Shown: one piece after another, positions 23,686 through 24,000 of the stretch
How the letters are laid out: the number at the start of each line of letters is the position of its first letter
How positions within the stretch are numbered: the first letter of the stretch is position 1
Origin: Alphaproteobacteria bacterium
Lineage (GTDB): Bacteria > Pseudomonadota > Alphaproteobacteria > WRAU01 > Hepatincolaceae
Assembly (NCBI GenBank): GCA_009780035.1
Contig: WRAU01000009.1
Location: forward strand, 1 to 24,000
Reading direction: 5' to 3'
DNA: 24,000 nucleotides
Translations under genes and position numbers: made by a program
The notes under the pieces: model-generated
The model's database searches: none
The model's input: only the letters and a program-made list of their open reading frames with translations
What the model was told of the DNA's origin: nothing

Positions 23686-24000
23686 ATGCTAAATTTTCCT
23701 CTTTGGAAGTCAATTCTAAGTGTTGTTGTTATTGTTGTTTCACTAGGTATTGTGGGTCATGATTTTTATAATAAATTCTATAATGATTCCTATAAAGGTG
23801 GAATTAAACTTGGGCTTGATTTACAAGGAGGGTCTTCTTTAGTTTTAGAAGCCGATGAAACTATTTTTATGCAAGATTATACAGCAGCGCTTTTAGAAAA
23901 TATCCGCTCTGTATTGGCTAATGAAAAAATTCCTTATTCTAATTTATCTAAAAAAGATGGTGAAATTAGATTTTTATTAAATGATACCTCTAAATTAAGC
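23686..24000 (+). CDS. secD: Protein translocase subunit SecD (N-terminal part, runs off window)
   Basis: This ORF is not in the supplied track because it has no stop. From ATG 23686 the frame is open for 105 codons to the window edge. An N-terminal TM segment and the SecD motif GIKLGLDLQGGSSLVLE are present. Confidence 0.85.
   Translation, partial: MLNFPLWKSILSVVVIVVSLGIVGHDFYNKFYNDSYKGGIKLGLDLQGGSSLVLEADETIFMQDYTAALLENIRSVLANEKIPYSNLSKKDGEIRFLLNDTSKLS

Overview
AT-rich bacterial chromosome segment. A sigma-32 gene points to Proteobacteria. An initiator tRNA with an A:U-G:C-G:C anticodon stem, an ankyrin-repeat protein and dense palindromic repeats suggest an alphaproteobacterial or intracellular lineage, but that is inference only. 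All homology calls come from motif recognition by eye; no searches were run.

Gene content, left to right:
- C-terminal end of a Gly/Met-rich repeat protein
- rpoH(-), mlaA(-), znuA
- a membrane-anchored ankyrin protein translationally coupled to an unknown 232-aa ORF
- tRNA-fMet, tRNA-Cys
- a malX-malY-ridA cluster, then tRNA-Asn
- a small basic XRE-like ORF
- a short ABC-F ATPase with an Msr/ARE-like layout
- glpF, glpK, glpD, bcp
- a 108-aa unknown ORF plus a KpsC/KpsS-like glycosyltransferase candidate
- znuB(-), znuC(-)
- a roughly 600-bp structured divergent intergenic region
- an orphan LivK-fold lipoprotein, a degenerate-LytM NlpD-like protein, yajC, and the start of secD

Main non-genic signals:
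1. A roughly 50-100 bp palindromic element family (5 copies). All copies abut gene 3' ends. The outer ends are conserved in most copies, a loop motif is shared by three copies, and the arms differ between copies but stay self-complementary.
2. A second, roughly 45-55 bp hairpin repeat family (5 copies) with a TCATGCC box, twice paired with the first family in the glp locus.
3. The 19857-20464 region upstream of znuCB. It holds a promoter-plus-intrinsic-terminator unit (candidate sRNA or leader), a GC-clamped stem-loop carrying an anti-SD-like heptamer, and a small ORF with a CxxCxC tail.

No CRISPR array, transposase, integrase or recognisable defence system was seen.
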